A stretch of DNA of 64,000 bases from the human T2T-CHM13v2.0 reference genome, Homo sapiens. Within the stretch, counting starts at the first letter, position 1, and every line of letters starts with the position of its first letter. Below are positions 1 to 14,248 of this stretch, piece by piece. The stretch lies in assembly GCF_009914755.1 (NCBI RefSeq), contig NC_060933.1. The stretch is one strand, 5' to 3'. Made by a program: the position numbers and the translations under genes. Below the pieces are notes generated by a model that searched no databases, was not told the DNA's origin, and was given only the letters and a program-made list of their open reading frames with translations.

Positions 1-47
1 AGAGAAGCAACATAATTGCACTTTAACAGCTGAACAGTTTTACTTAC

Positions 48-110
48 TTCCTGAGACAGAAATGGGATGACTTGTGCACAAATCGTATTCAATCTCTTGG
101 CGATTTCAGT
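48..110 (-). CDS. TLE1: TLE1 coding exon 5 (TEIAKRLNTICAQVIPFLSQE); gene continues beyond the left window edge
   Basis: gtctttatag|ACT acceptor and GAA|gtaagt donor, 63 nt, in frame with exon 4. Confidence 0.97.
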
Positions 111-382
111 CTATAAAGACAAAGCCACACAAATGTTTAGAATACTTCACAATCAGTTCAGAAAGGTAAAACTTCATACCCCTAACACTTCAGTCCTCCT
201 CTCCCTTGCTCTGGAAATGTGTATAAAATGGTTTCCCCAGGTTATGTTACTAATACTTATCTTGAAATAAACAGTAGATATTAATCCCACTTGCAAAGTA
301 AGCCACAACTGCACACTTCATTGTAATAAGAGATGAGTAGTTTGATTGAGTTGGAAAATCTAGGCGGTTTAAGGCTATATGA

Positions 383-714
<332 letters not shown>

Positions 715-1157
715 AAGTGTACTTTTTCAATGATGGCACACCATGACACATTTATGTCATTATTGCAAGTTCATTCAAGCGGGTGTCAGAAGCCACTGCA
801 GCTGCAGCACTGTCAAAGCAGTCCACCTTTCAAAGATGAGGCCTAAGGTGATAGAGTAGAAGAAAGGCCTGCTGACCTCTTTGCCACTTGTCCCAGCTCT
901 TGTACAACTGAAAAAGGATTTTATTGTTCATAGCTTCCCTAAGTCTCAAACTTTCAAACAAACCAAGAAAACATGACTAAAAACATTCCAGTCTAGAGGG
1001 TGATGGTCAAGTCATGATATCCTGAGTATTCGGAAAGTTTCGCCACAGTTCAGTAACAAACTCAAAGACCTCACCGACAGGGCCCAGGGGTCAGCTGAAC
1101 ATAATAAAAGGTGTCCTTAGTGTCTATAGCACGGGCTGTTTTAAAGAAGGCAGGAAA

Positions 1158-1452
1158 GGCCGGGTGCGGTGGCTCGCGCCTGTAATCCCAGCACTTTCTG
1201 AGGCCAAGGCATGTGGATTATGAGGTCAGGAGTTCAAGACCAGCCTAGCCAAGATGGTGAAACCCCGTCTCTACTCAAAATACAAAAATTAGCCGGGCGT
1301 GATGGTGGGCGCCTGTAATCCCAGCTACTCGGGAGGCTGCGGCAGAGAACTGCTTGAACGAGGGAGGTGCAGGCTGCAGTGAGCCGAGATCACGCCACTG
1401 CACTCCAGCCTGTGCGACAGTGAGACTCCACCTCAAAAAATAAAAAAAATAA
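1158..1452 (+). mobile_element. Alu (AluS)
   Basis: GGCCGGGTGCGGTGGCTC through to an A-tail; TSD AAAGAAGGCwGGAAA. Confidence 0.95.
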
Positions 1453-1857
1453 AGAAGGCTGGAAAAACCTTTGCTCCGCTCCACATCCACAGCAGTCCCT
1501 CTGCTACAAGGGACAAAAACTGGCAAGAGAGGGAACAGAGGGTACTCTACTTCTAGCCTAGGGAAGGGTCCACCTGCAGCACCTCCAACACCCTACAGCA
1601 ATGCAAAGCAGCTCTGCTTTCCTCTACCTAGGAAGAACCAGTTCTGCTTTTTTAAAAAAGAAAAAAAAAGTCATCTGTAAAGAGGCCCATCCTTGACCTT
1701 ACTTATTTCATCATTTTGTCAATGCTTACTAAATGCCACCTATATTACTGAATTAAGCAATGAAAAGGATCACAAGAAAAAAACTTAAAAGCACGCAGTC
1801 CATGACCTTGAGAAATAGAGAATGGAAAAAGACAAAGTAGAAATCCCAGGAACAAAG

Positions 1858-1925
1858 TCGAGCCTGCGGTGAGCTGAGATCGCGCCACTATACTCCAGCC
1901 AAGGCGACAGAGCAAGACCCTGTCT

Positions 1926-1956
<31 letters not shown>

Positions 1957-1958
1957 CA
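1858..1958 (+). mobile_element. Alu 3' fragment
   Basis: GTGAGCTGAGATCGCGCCACT followed by a poly-A tail. Confidence 0.85.
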
Positions 1959-2499
1959 AAACCCCAGGAACTTTACAATCAAGCATATAAAAAACAGCAG
2001 CCTTGTATCTTCTAAGATGATCTGAATTAACTAAGCAAAGTCTTTGGTTTTATAAGATTGGATTTAGTCTGACCCAACCCAATTCTCCCTGACCACCAAT
2101 GAGACAAGGTTACAGACAGACCATGCCTTGGACAAAATGTACTAGAAGGGGAAATGACTGGTAGAGAGAGGAAGCCCGTGCATGACCTTGCTTTAGCCAG
2201 CGAGGCAGATATATGCAAAAAGGGTGCAGCTGTACCAGGTACAAAAACAGAACTGGGTCAGCCCCACCCAGTTCATTTGATCACAGCCACCCACTCAAGC
2301 TACCTCAAGGTCATGGCTCTCCTCGAAAGCATGGGCAAGGCTTTCCTTTGCAACAGGGTTCTGCACTGTCTATTTGAGTGCATGTAAAGGAGTAGAGATG
2401 CCTTTGGTAGGTATCCTACTTAGGTCCTTGCTCCCAACTCCCTACCTACCACACATTCCTGCAACACTCTGTACATTCCTCTTCTCGGAAATTCACATT

Positions 2500-3560
2500 G
2501 AAGGTTTCCAGTTTTAAAAATGATATATGCTCACTTTGAACTCATACACATGCACACAGATACATATACAGAAATATAAAAGAAAGTTAAAATAACCCTG
2601 AGCCCATCATCCAAGGATAAGCATGGGTAACATATTGGTGATTTTAGGATACCATCATTCCAGGTTCTCACTTATGTGCACAGAAGCCCAGAGTGAGAGA
2701 CACATTTTAATACCAAGGGGTTTCCGTTACATACCCTGCCTTTCTATAATTTGTTAATCAAACATGTGTCAGGGACACCATCCCAGTCAATACAGATTAA
2801 CAAGTACCTTGAAACATTCCACCATACAAGCATATAGATGTCTAAGTACTATTGACACCAGTGAATATTTATGTTTCATTTAATTTTGCACAATTAACAA
2901 CTCTGTCAAATACGCCTCCACACAGATCTCTAAAAGGAATCCCTAGATGTGAAACTGCTGGGTCAAAGTGTATGCATATTTTAAGTTGCAATGCATGCTG
3001 CCAAACTGCCCAGCAGAAAAGCTGTACCAATTATTGCGAGTTTAGGAGGGTTCCTGCTCTCCCACCCAGTGTCAATATTGAGTTTTGTTGACCTTCCTTT
3101 AATCTTCATCCATCTAATGGATTAAAAAATGACCTCATTTTTATTTGCATTACTTGAATTCTTCCTCTAGTTAAACATCTTTTCATGTATTTATTGCTCC
3201 ACTCTATGTTTCCTTTCTCCATTCTTCCATTGTTGCTTAATCATTTTTGTCCTTTGGTGGTGCTTCCTTGAATGGGACAAATATTAACCCTTTATCAGAG
3301 TTTGCTCAGCTTGCCACTTGTCTTTCAACCTTGCTTAATATGATTTTTTTGCTGTATAGAACTTTAAGTCTTTATGTGGTCAAATGAAAGCATTTTCTTC
3401 CTATGCTCCTGGCCTTTAGGTAAAGATTAGAACACATCAATATCATAAAAGCCATTCTTACTTTTCTTCTAGTGTGCTATGGCTGCACTTTTTATGCTTA
3501 ACTATTTAACTGGAATTTATTTTGGTTTAAGAAAAGATGCCCTCATCTTTAACTATGATA
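2500..3560 (-). mobile_element. Old L1 (L1M/L1ME-like) fragment
   Basis: Contains GAAACTGCTGGGTCAAAG and TGCCAAACTGCCC...GCTGTACCAATT in T-rich sequence typical of antisense L1. Confidence 0.65.
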
Positions 3561-3728
3561 GCAACTATGTGTTACTACCTAGAATGGCATCAAAGTAGAC
3601 TTGAACATGGTCGGAGGACAGTTAAGATCCAGTCTGAATGAAATGAACTTGTAAACCTTTAATAATATTAAAGTTATCAAAAATAAAATAAAGAAAAGAA
3701 AGACATATGAAAGCAAAGGCAATGAATA

Positions 3729-4379
3729 CAGTGGTCTCTCGGTATCTGTGAGGGATTGGTTCAGAATCCCCCATGGAAACCAAAATCTAAGGATGCTCAA
3801 GTCCTTTATATAAAATGGTGTATTTGCATATAACCTATGCACATCTACCCATACACTTTAAATCATCTCCAGATTACTTAAAATACCTAATACAATGTAA
3901 ATCCTAGGTAAATGGTTGTTGTATTATTTAGGAAATAATGACAAGAAAAAAGTCTGTACATGTTCACTACAGACATAATTTTTTTTTTTTTTTTTTTTTT
4001 CAAGACAGAGTCTCGCTCTGTCACCTAGGCTGGAGTGCAGTGGCACAGTCTTGGCTCACTGCAACCTCCACCTCCCGGGTTCTAAGGAACTCTCCTGCCT
4101 CAGCCTCCCAAGTAGCTGGGATTACAGGCACGTGCCACCATGCCCGGCTAATTTTTTGTATTTTTAGTAAAGACGGGGTTTCACCATGTAGAACAGGCTG
4201 ATTTTAAACTCCTGACCTCAAGTGATCCACCTGCCTCAGCCTCCCAAAGTGCTAGGATTTATAATCCTAGCATGAGCCACTGTGCCTGGCCGATGCAATG
4301 TTTTTTAAAAAAAAGTATTTTCAAACCATGGTTAGCTGAATTCACAGATGCAGAACCCACAGATACAAAGGGCCGACTG
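3729..4379 (+). mobile_element. MER2 (TcMar-Tigger MITE) interrupted by an Alu
   Basis: Terminal inverted repeats CAGTGGTCTCTCGGTATC and GATACAAAGGGCCGACTG, TA target sites at 3727 and 4380, internal MER2 consensus. Confidence 0.9.
3978..4291 (-). mobile_element. Alu nested in MER2
   Basis: Poly-T plus antisense Alu dimer. Confidence 0.93.
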
Positions 4380-4619
4380 TACTATGTAAGTTGGGTTAGA
4401 CTGGATAAGCCTGAAACAGGAGGAGAAAAGTTAGAAATCAAAGCTCAAACTGATGAAAAACATCGAAAGCCATACCATATGTCCTGGAAATTCTACATAA
4501 ATGGTCTGGAGAAGAAGCAAATAGGAGCAATAGAGGAGAGTCTTACCCAAGACTTCCCCTCCGTCTGCCAGGTCTCTAAACCCTAATCTTAAACTATCCT
4601 GACAAGCCAGCTTGACTTT

Positions 4620-4790
4620 TGAGCCAGAAAATCTAAATCCAAGTCTTGGACTGTTCTATTAACAAGCTGGTTTACCCCAGAAAAGGCGCTGACGTCCTCT
4701 GAAATACCCTGGCTCCTTCACCTGCACAACCTACCTCCTGGCAGGTGAGGGTACACAGCTTACCCAACAATGCTCTGTGAGTCCTAAAAC
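4620..4790 (+). mobile_element. MIR fragment
   Basis: Degenerate MIR core. Confidence 0.45.
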
Positions 4791-4871
4791 ATCACTAGCT
4801 CTCCAAGAGGACTTCATGAACATCTTCCCTTCAAATAGTCTGGATTGCAGCAGCATACAAACTGGCAATAA

Positions 4872-5336
<465 letters not shown>

Positions 5337-6471
5337 TAACCTGGGTATTTGACCCTGCTGCCTTCCACCTCTTGCAAAGGCTAGACAACTCCAGTGAAAA
5401 ACTGAGGGCTAACTGTATTTCCCACCTAGAAATAATTTTCCTACCCAATGATGAATACCTATTTGGTACCCACTAAGTCATAATGCTTATAAACTTTCCC
5501 TGTGCCTAGATTTTTTAATACTGTGTAAGGCAACAACAATAAATCTGCATTCAAGAGCTATCCACAAACCAAATCTGCATGAAACCCTCCACTCAGAAAT
5601 GTAAGCAGCAGGATGAAGGCTCCAGCAACAAGACTTTCTTCATGGATGGCCACCACCTACTGAGGCAGGAGGAAGCAGGAGTCCAAATTACCTGTCTACA
5701 ACAGTCTTTCATTCTCCTTACCTATGCCAACTCTCCTCACTGATTTGCATATGGTAATACAGTTAGCCCTCATCATCCAAAAATTAGGGTTTGCATCTTG
5801 GCAAACTACTGCTAGGGGTTCTATGTTAAATCACTTAAACCACTGGGTCCCAACCAGGTCTCGTACTTAACAGGATTACCACCAATCTACTTGAGAGTTT
5901 CATCAAAATCGAGTGAGCTGATGAGCTGGTATGTAAGGTATACTATTCCAAAGTGCTGTACAAATATGAGAGATCTTCCCAATCCCTCAAGGCCTGCCTC
6001 AAATTCACTGAGAAGCTGCCTTTCCCCCATAACGCCAATAAACGCACTCTTCTCTAGGCCCTTCAAGATCCTCCACAGCACTTACTGTCATTTGGTAAAC
6101 TAAACCTATGTGCTTAAAAATCACCATGTCATACAAAGAAAGCTTCCATACAGTTTCTTAACAGCTTTCTACATAAAAGCCTTCTCAACACAACAAGATG
6201 GGAAGCATTACGAGAACACGACTCCTACTAAATACTGTGACACATTTCTTTGCTGTACCTCCCCTACTAAAACTGATGCCAGGGTACATATTTAATATAC
6301 TTTCAAAGTCATGCCTCAATGAACCAAAACTTAATCTCCATGCACCCCTAAATTCAATGGCCAAGGTGCAACCAGATAAACCATTACTAAACAGTGCTAG
6401 ACAAAGGCTGTTCACAAAAAAAAAAAAACAAAATCATACGTTGGTAAGTATAAAATTCATGTACATGTATG

Positions 6472-6788
6472 GTTTTATTTTTTTATTTTATTATTATTAT
6501 TTTTTGAGACAGAGTCTCGTTCTGTCGCCCAAGCTGGAGAGCAGTGGCGCGATCTCGGCTCACTGCAAGCTATGCCTCCTGGGTTCATGCCATTCTCCTG
6601 CCTCAGCCTCCTGAGTAGCTGGGACTACAGGTGCCTGCTACCACACCCGGCTAATTTTTTTTTGTATTTTTAGTAGAGACGGGGTTTCACTGTGTTAGCC
6701 AGGATGGTCTCCAACTCCTGACCTCGTGATTCGCCGGTCTCAGCCTCCCAAAGTGCTGGGATTACAGGCATGAGCCACCATGCCCAGC
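6472..6788 (-). mobile_element. Alu (AluY-like)
   Basis: Antisense dimer; TSD TACATGTATG. Confidence 0.95.
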
Positions 6789-6888
6789 TACATGTATGTT
6801 TTAACTGAGCAGAAATACGGCCAAGGACCTCAGAGATCAGCAATCAATCAAACTCTAGTGTATTCTGCGACTTTTAAATTCAAGATAT

Positions 6889-7006
6889 GGCCGGGCGTGG
6901 TGGCTCACGCCTGTAATCCCAGCACTTTGGGAGGCCGAGGCGGGAGGATCACGAGGTCAGGAGGTCAAGACCATTCTGGCTAACACGGTGAAACCCCATC
7001 CCTACT

Positions 7007-7050
<44 letters not shown>

Positions 7051-7230
7051 TTAGCCTGGCGTGGTGGCATGTGCCTGTAGTTCCAGCTACTCAGAAGCCT
7101 GAGGCAGAATTGCTTGAACCTGGGAGGCAGAGGTTGCAGTGAGCTGAGATGGCGCCACTGCACTCCAGCCTGGCAGAGTGAGACTCGGTCTCAAAAATAA
7201 AAATAAATAAAAATAAATAAAAATAAAAAA
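6889..7230 (+). mobile_element. Alu with (CA)n expanded in its middle A-rich linker
   Basis: Sense dimer; (AC)~20 at 7009-7049; followed by a TA-rich tract to ~7290. Confidence 0.93.
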
Positions 7231-8426
7231 TACATATATATTTATATATATGTATTTTTATATATATATGTATTTTTATATATATATATCTTTTTTTCAA
7301 GATATGGTCTTCTGAGTAGCTGAACTTAAGAGTTTAGGGTTCTATAATTCCTAAAACCACCTTTCCTACTTCTCATACTTTGTCTAACTGCAATACGGAA
7401 GAGCCCACTCCTCAGCGCCCGCACACTTCCCCACTACACATACAGTAGTGCATAATGAGTGCTGTTTGAAGCTCAAAACAGGGTGAGGACTGCTTAAGAG
7501 TAATTGCCCATGGGCCTCAAAGCAATCCAATGGCACCTTGCCCAAAGTCAGCTTAGGGAGGGGAAACTCCACCAGCATTAAATTGCAAATTGATGGATCA
7601 TAAAAAAATGGTGCTTATGCTGAGGGCTGGCAAACTGATCTTCTGGTTTCTTTGAACCAAGCGGGAAGCCAAGATAAAAACACAGTGGAGTGTTGGTAAG
7701 AAGTGTCTGGCAACAGATACATGGGCAAGAACATGAAAACAAAGCACACAAAGGAAATAAACAGATAACCTCTAAATCCCTTCTGACTAGAAGTTTCTGA
7801 GTCTGTGAAATGACAACCTTAAATCCCCCCCCCAAAAAAAATGTACACAGAAACCTCACCGGCAACCAAACAAAAATGTAAATTTTGTTGTAAGTAAGGT
7901 AGGTCATTCAGGAAGTTAAGGCAATTTTTAAAAAATTAACAAAATCCAATGATGAAGCATCCTCAGGGAAAGTGGAACAATCATACGTTACTGATGACAT
8001 TAAATTGGTAGCGCTGTCTTGGAAGGCAACTGGGCAATGTGTTTCAAGAGCATGAAATTATTCAAACCCGTTGGTAAGGCTTCCCACAGCTAAGAATTTA
8101 TCCTAAGGAAATAGTTCAAATGAAAAGCATTCCATGCATGAAGCTGTTCACTGCAGCACTAGTTTCAAAGCGAAAAGAGAAAAAAACAGGTAAAGATGTA
8201 ACAGCAATTCAACACATCACAACCATCTACCGAGTTTTTGAGAAAGTTAACATTTGCCCTCCTAATAAATCAGTTGTCTAAAACTAAGAGAACAGTTAAA
8301 TACGCTACACACCAACCCACAGGCATGGCAAGTAGCCATTAAAGTCATACTTTGATAATGATGCTAAAATGACCAAGACATTCACTAGATGATGCAGGAG
8401 ACACGGTGTTAGTATTAGTGTGCCTG

Positions 8427-8429
<3 letters not shown>

Positions 8430-8464
<35 letters not shown>
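8430..8464. repeat. (TG)n microsatellite
   Basis: About 17 uninterrupted TG units. Confidence 0.97.
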
Positions 8465-8466
<2 letters not shown>

Positions 8467-8467
8467 A

Positions 8468-8839
<372 letters not shown>

Positions 8840-8846
8840 TTAGTGA

Positions 8847-9374
<528 letters not shown>

Positions 9375-9685
9375 TAAAGGAAATGATTTGTCCAAGATCA
9401 TAGAGCAAGATTAGAAGCCACATATTCCCTGTCTAGTTCTTTCTCCAGAAAGCAGAAGTTGAGAATTGGGAGATAAAACAAGAAAGAGCTGATGAACTCG
9501 GCCCTGCCTGCAAAGCAACGCAGCTGCTGAAAGGCCATACAGCCCAAACAGGGCTGCAGCAGCACAAGGACAAGTCCGCATGATCCCTCAGCCAACAAAG
9601 GGACTACAGAAAGTGCCTCTCATCTGTCAATGACAGGGTCACCGTGCCCTTGCTACCCTAGCAGAGGTATCCGCACAGAATAGAC

Positions 9686-9986
9686 TTTTTTTTTTTTTTT
9701 TTTGAGATGGAGTCTCGCTCTGTCACCCAGGCTGGAGTGCAGTGGCGCAATCTCGGCTCACTGCAAGCTCTGCCTCCCGGGTTCACGCCATTCTCACGCC
9801 TGCCTCAGCCTCCCGAGTAGCTGGGACTACAGGCACCTGCCACCACGCCCGGCTAATTTTTGTATTTTTAGTAGAGACGGGGTTTCACCATGTCGGCAGG
9901 ATGGTCTCGATCTTCTGACCTCGTGATCCGCCCACCTCAGCCTCCCAAAGTGCTGGGATTACAGGTGTGAGCCACCACACCTGGCC
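9686..9986 (-). mobile_element. Alu (AluY/Sc-like)
   Basis: Antisense dimer; TSD AGAATAGAC. Confidence 0.95.
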
Positions 9987-10204
9987 AGAATAGACATTTT
10001 ATAAGGGACCTCAATTATAAATTGCAAACCTTAAGTAAATGAGTTGCAGCCAAACTCCACTTTAATATTCTCCTTCACAGGCAGAAAGAATGATGCATCA
10101 ACCCTAACATCAGACCATCTGGCCCACCAGTAGAACAAAATCCACAAACACATCTCTAGTTCCTGAAGATGACGTCTTATTTTTATACCTAAAGAAAGTT
10201 AGGA

Positions 10205-10783
10205 GCCAGGCATGGTGGCTCATGCCTGTAATCCCACCATTTTGGGCGGGATGGATCACTTGAGGCCAGGAGTTCGAGACCAGCCTGGGCAACACAGCAA
10301 GACACTGCCTCTACCAAAAAAAAAAAAAACTTAATTAGGGATACATGAATAAAAACTGTGTACCAAAAATGATACACACAAAACACTGCAAATAATCTTC
10401 CAATACTCTCTTTCCCTTCATAGGAAAGGAAGAGTTCTTTGCCAAGAGGCCTCCTTCAGGATATCTGCTACTCAGAGTCTTAAGATTTCTCCCATCACAG
10501 TGCCTTGCTCACCAATAGCTCATGAAAAGGTAAATTCATCTTTAAATCTAATGTGTCTGAGTAGCTTTTGTTTAAAATATAATTATGCCGATAAAATAAC
10601 TAATCACATTTTGGGGAAATCCAAATTTAAAAAATGTGGGGAGGTCGGGCACAGTGGCTCACGCCTACAATCCCAGCACTTTTGCGGGGCTGAGGCAGGA
10701 GGATACCTTGAGCCCAGGAGTTTGAAACCAGCCTGGGCAACATAGGGAAACTCAATCTCTCTTTTAATTAAGAAAAAAAAAAA
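10205..10783 (+). mobile_element. Two Alu monomers (FLAM-like) at ~10205-10329 and ~10643-10783
   Basis: Each is a left-arm-only Alu sequence ending in an A-tract. Confidence 0.8.
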
Positions 10784-10830
10784 TAAGTGAGGTACCTTTA
10801 AGTTGACCTTATAATGGTTAGTGAGGTTAT

Positions 10831-11007
10831 CAGTGGTTCTCAAACTCCAGCGTACACGAGGATGGTCTTGTGCTTGTTAATACACAGATGACTAGGCCCA
10901 CCTGCGGAGTTCCTGTTGGAGTCTAGGCCTGAGAATATTCATTTCTAACAAGTTCCCAGGTGACCCTGAGGCTCTTGGACTGGGGAACATGCTTTGAGAA
11001 GCACTGC
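10831..11007. mobile_element. MER5A (hAT-Charlie MITE)
   Basis: Terminal inverted repeats CAGTGGTTCTCAAA and TTTGAGAAGCACTG; internal TTTCTAACAAGTTCCCAGGTGA. Confidence 0.85.
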
Positions 11008-12558
11008 CATCTATTTCAGCAGCATCTACTGCTTAGCACCTGCCAGGTGCTCTGACACCCTCTCTCTAATCTTCATGTGGACACCAGGTCCCCTGGGAGA
11101 ACAGACTAAAATAACTTGCCTAAGATCAGAACAAGACAGTGGAGAGGAGAGGTCAGGCCTGTCTCTCTCCAGAGCCCTGCAGCAACATGAGAGCTGCCCT
11201 CTCACACATTTTTACAAAACACTGAGGCAAGAACACAAACCGGGGGTGTAGGAACACATTTGCCTTCTGTGGAAAACCTCGCACAATATTCATTTAAGTT
11301 ATTCCACCCATGGCAATGTAATCTCGCCCCTTCTTCAAGCCTGTGATTAAAACAAAACAAAGAGTACCAGATGACAGAAACCCTTTAGTGGCTCAACTAA
11401 TCAGAACACAAGTCACCAATTACTGGCAGATAATAACTTTTATGTTCCATCTCCTCACTTGGCAGCTCCTGCAGCATTCTAAATCTGAGCTCTCTCCAAC
11501 TGGGCCCAGATACTATCCTTTCACTCCTCATCTTTCACACTCGCAGTTCTCTGAAAACAAGGAGGGGTTAAAAGAAAGGAAGGAAAAAAAAAACCGTGCT
11601 GAAGGCTGCTTGGGCACAGATAGCAACACTAATTGCTCCCATTCTCTAGCTCCTCGTGAGGCAGATTGCAGGGGCCTGCATCTCCGGAGAAAGCTCTCCT
11701 ATCTTCGCAGCAGCTCTCAGCAGAGCAACTCAAGTGCCCTTAATTGTTTATGTTCTTAATGCAGAGGCTCTTGAATGCATTCATTTTTAATAGCGGGCTT
11801 GAGTGTGGGGCCCATCAAAGAATGACAAAGCAACTCTATTCATTGGTTCTCCTTCCTGCAATGATGGTCTTTTGATTTATTTGCAAATGACAAGCTTGCC
11901 AGGCCCCACTTGAGGGCTGCCCTCATTTTTTTTTTTTTTAAAGAATTCAGTTGCATTTTCCAAGATGAAGTTGAGTCTGCAATGCTGTTTGTGTAAATTT
12001 TTCCCCCTTCAGTTCCGTCTAATTAATGACTTAAATGTTTTGACCCAACTGTTGCCAAGCAGAGCATTTGGGCTTTAATTTGTCATTTTGGTAAAGATGC
12101 ATCTTTGACAAAAGCATCACAGCTGTTTTAGTTCCTAAATAGCACATTTCCATTATTCAGAAACCCTTGTTATGGAGTTCAGAAAGAGCCTGTTCACAGG
12201 AAATGGTATTGACTTGTCCCAGGATGGAAAAAGGACAGCTTTTGGTGGGCTTAAAGGAAAATGCACTCTGTGGTGGAGAAAGAAATCTTTCTCCAAACTC
12301 CGCAGAGTGAATCACAGATCATCACCGTGAAGTCATCACCTACTCTCCTGTGGAAAGCAAGCAAGCCTCTCCCTGGGCCACACCCCAAGCAAGCCTATAC
12401 CTTTAAACCTCTTCACATATCTTAGTCATTAGAGAGCTCATAAGAAATTAGGTAATATCATACAATGGCAGGATTAGTGGGAGGAAAAGTAGACTACATC
12501 ATCATCATCACTGGTTGAAGGTTAAAATTACAATTATGAAACTAAAATATGCCTGTGT

Positions 12559-13473
<915 letters not shown>

Positions 13474-13948
13474 GAAGCAAAAATCAAGTTACCTCTGAAT
13501 GTTTCCCTAACACATTTAAATCTTCAGCCAATCTAGATGGTAGAAAAGGAACTTTCTGCACATGGGCCATGCTACAGCTGAATGACCCACATACATGAGT
13601 AACAGCTGCCACTCTCCTTCCTGAGCAACTTCTTAGGGAAAACAGCTCTCTACAAGGAGATCTAGGCCCCCAGTGCCACATAATGGCTCCAATTTTGATA
13701 TATGTATCAAAGCCATTCCTGGCCCCTCAAACTCAGTGCTGAAACTTCAGCGGGGAAGTCCCAGCCCTTGAGCTGTATTCCTGCTCCCCCCCAAGCTGAG
13801 TGGCTGGGGAGAGGTGGTCCTTTGGGAAGGAAGATAAGGTTGCTGCCTTCCCGGATGGAACCTGGAATTATGTTTTTAATCAATATCACATGCCAAAAAA
13901 CCTGCAATGTTCCGCAACTCACTCTCAAAGTAGCCAGAAGGATACTCA

Positions 13949-14248
13949 GACCCGGGCGTGATGGCTCACACCTGTAACCCCAGCATTTTGGGAGGCTGAG
14001 GAGGGTGGATTGCCTGAGGCCAAGAGTTCGAGATCAGCCTGGCCAACATGGTGAAACCCTGTCTCTATTAAAATTACAAAAATTAGCCGGGCGTGGTGGC
14101 ACATGCCTATAATCCCAGCTACATCAGGAGGCTGAGGCATAAGAATTGCTTGAACCCAGGAGACGGAGGTCGCGATGAGCCGAGATCGCGCCACTGCACT
14201 CCAGCAGCCTGGGCGACAGAACAAGACTGCATCTCGAAAAAAAAAAAA
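13949..14248 (+). mobile_element. Alu (AluS)
   Basis: Sense dimer; TSD AGAAGGATA. Confidence 0.93.

Noticed and set aside
10424-10529. Plus-strand exon-like segment (CTCTTTCCCTTCATAG| ... AAG|GTAAAT)
   Set aside because: Antisense to TLE1 with no visible promoter or partner exon. Pseudo-exons of this quality are common in large introns.
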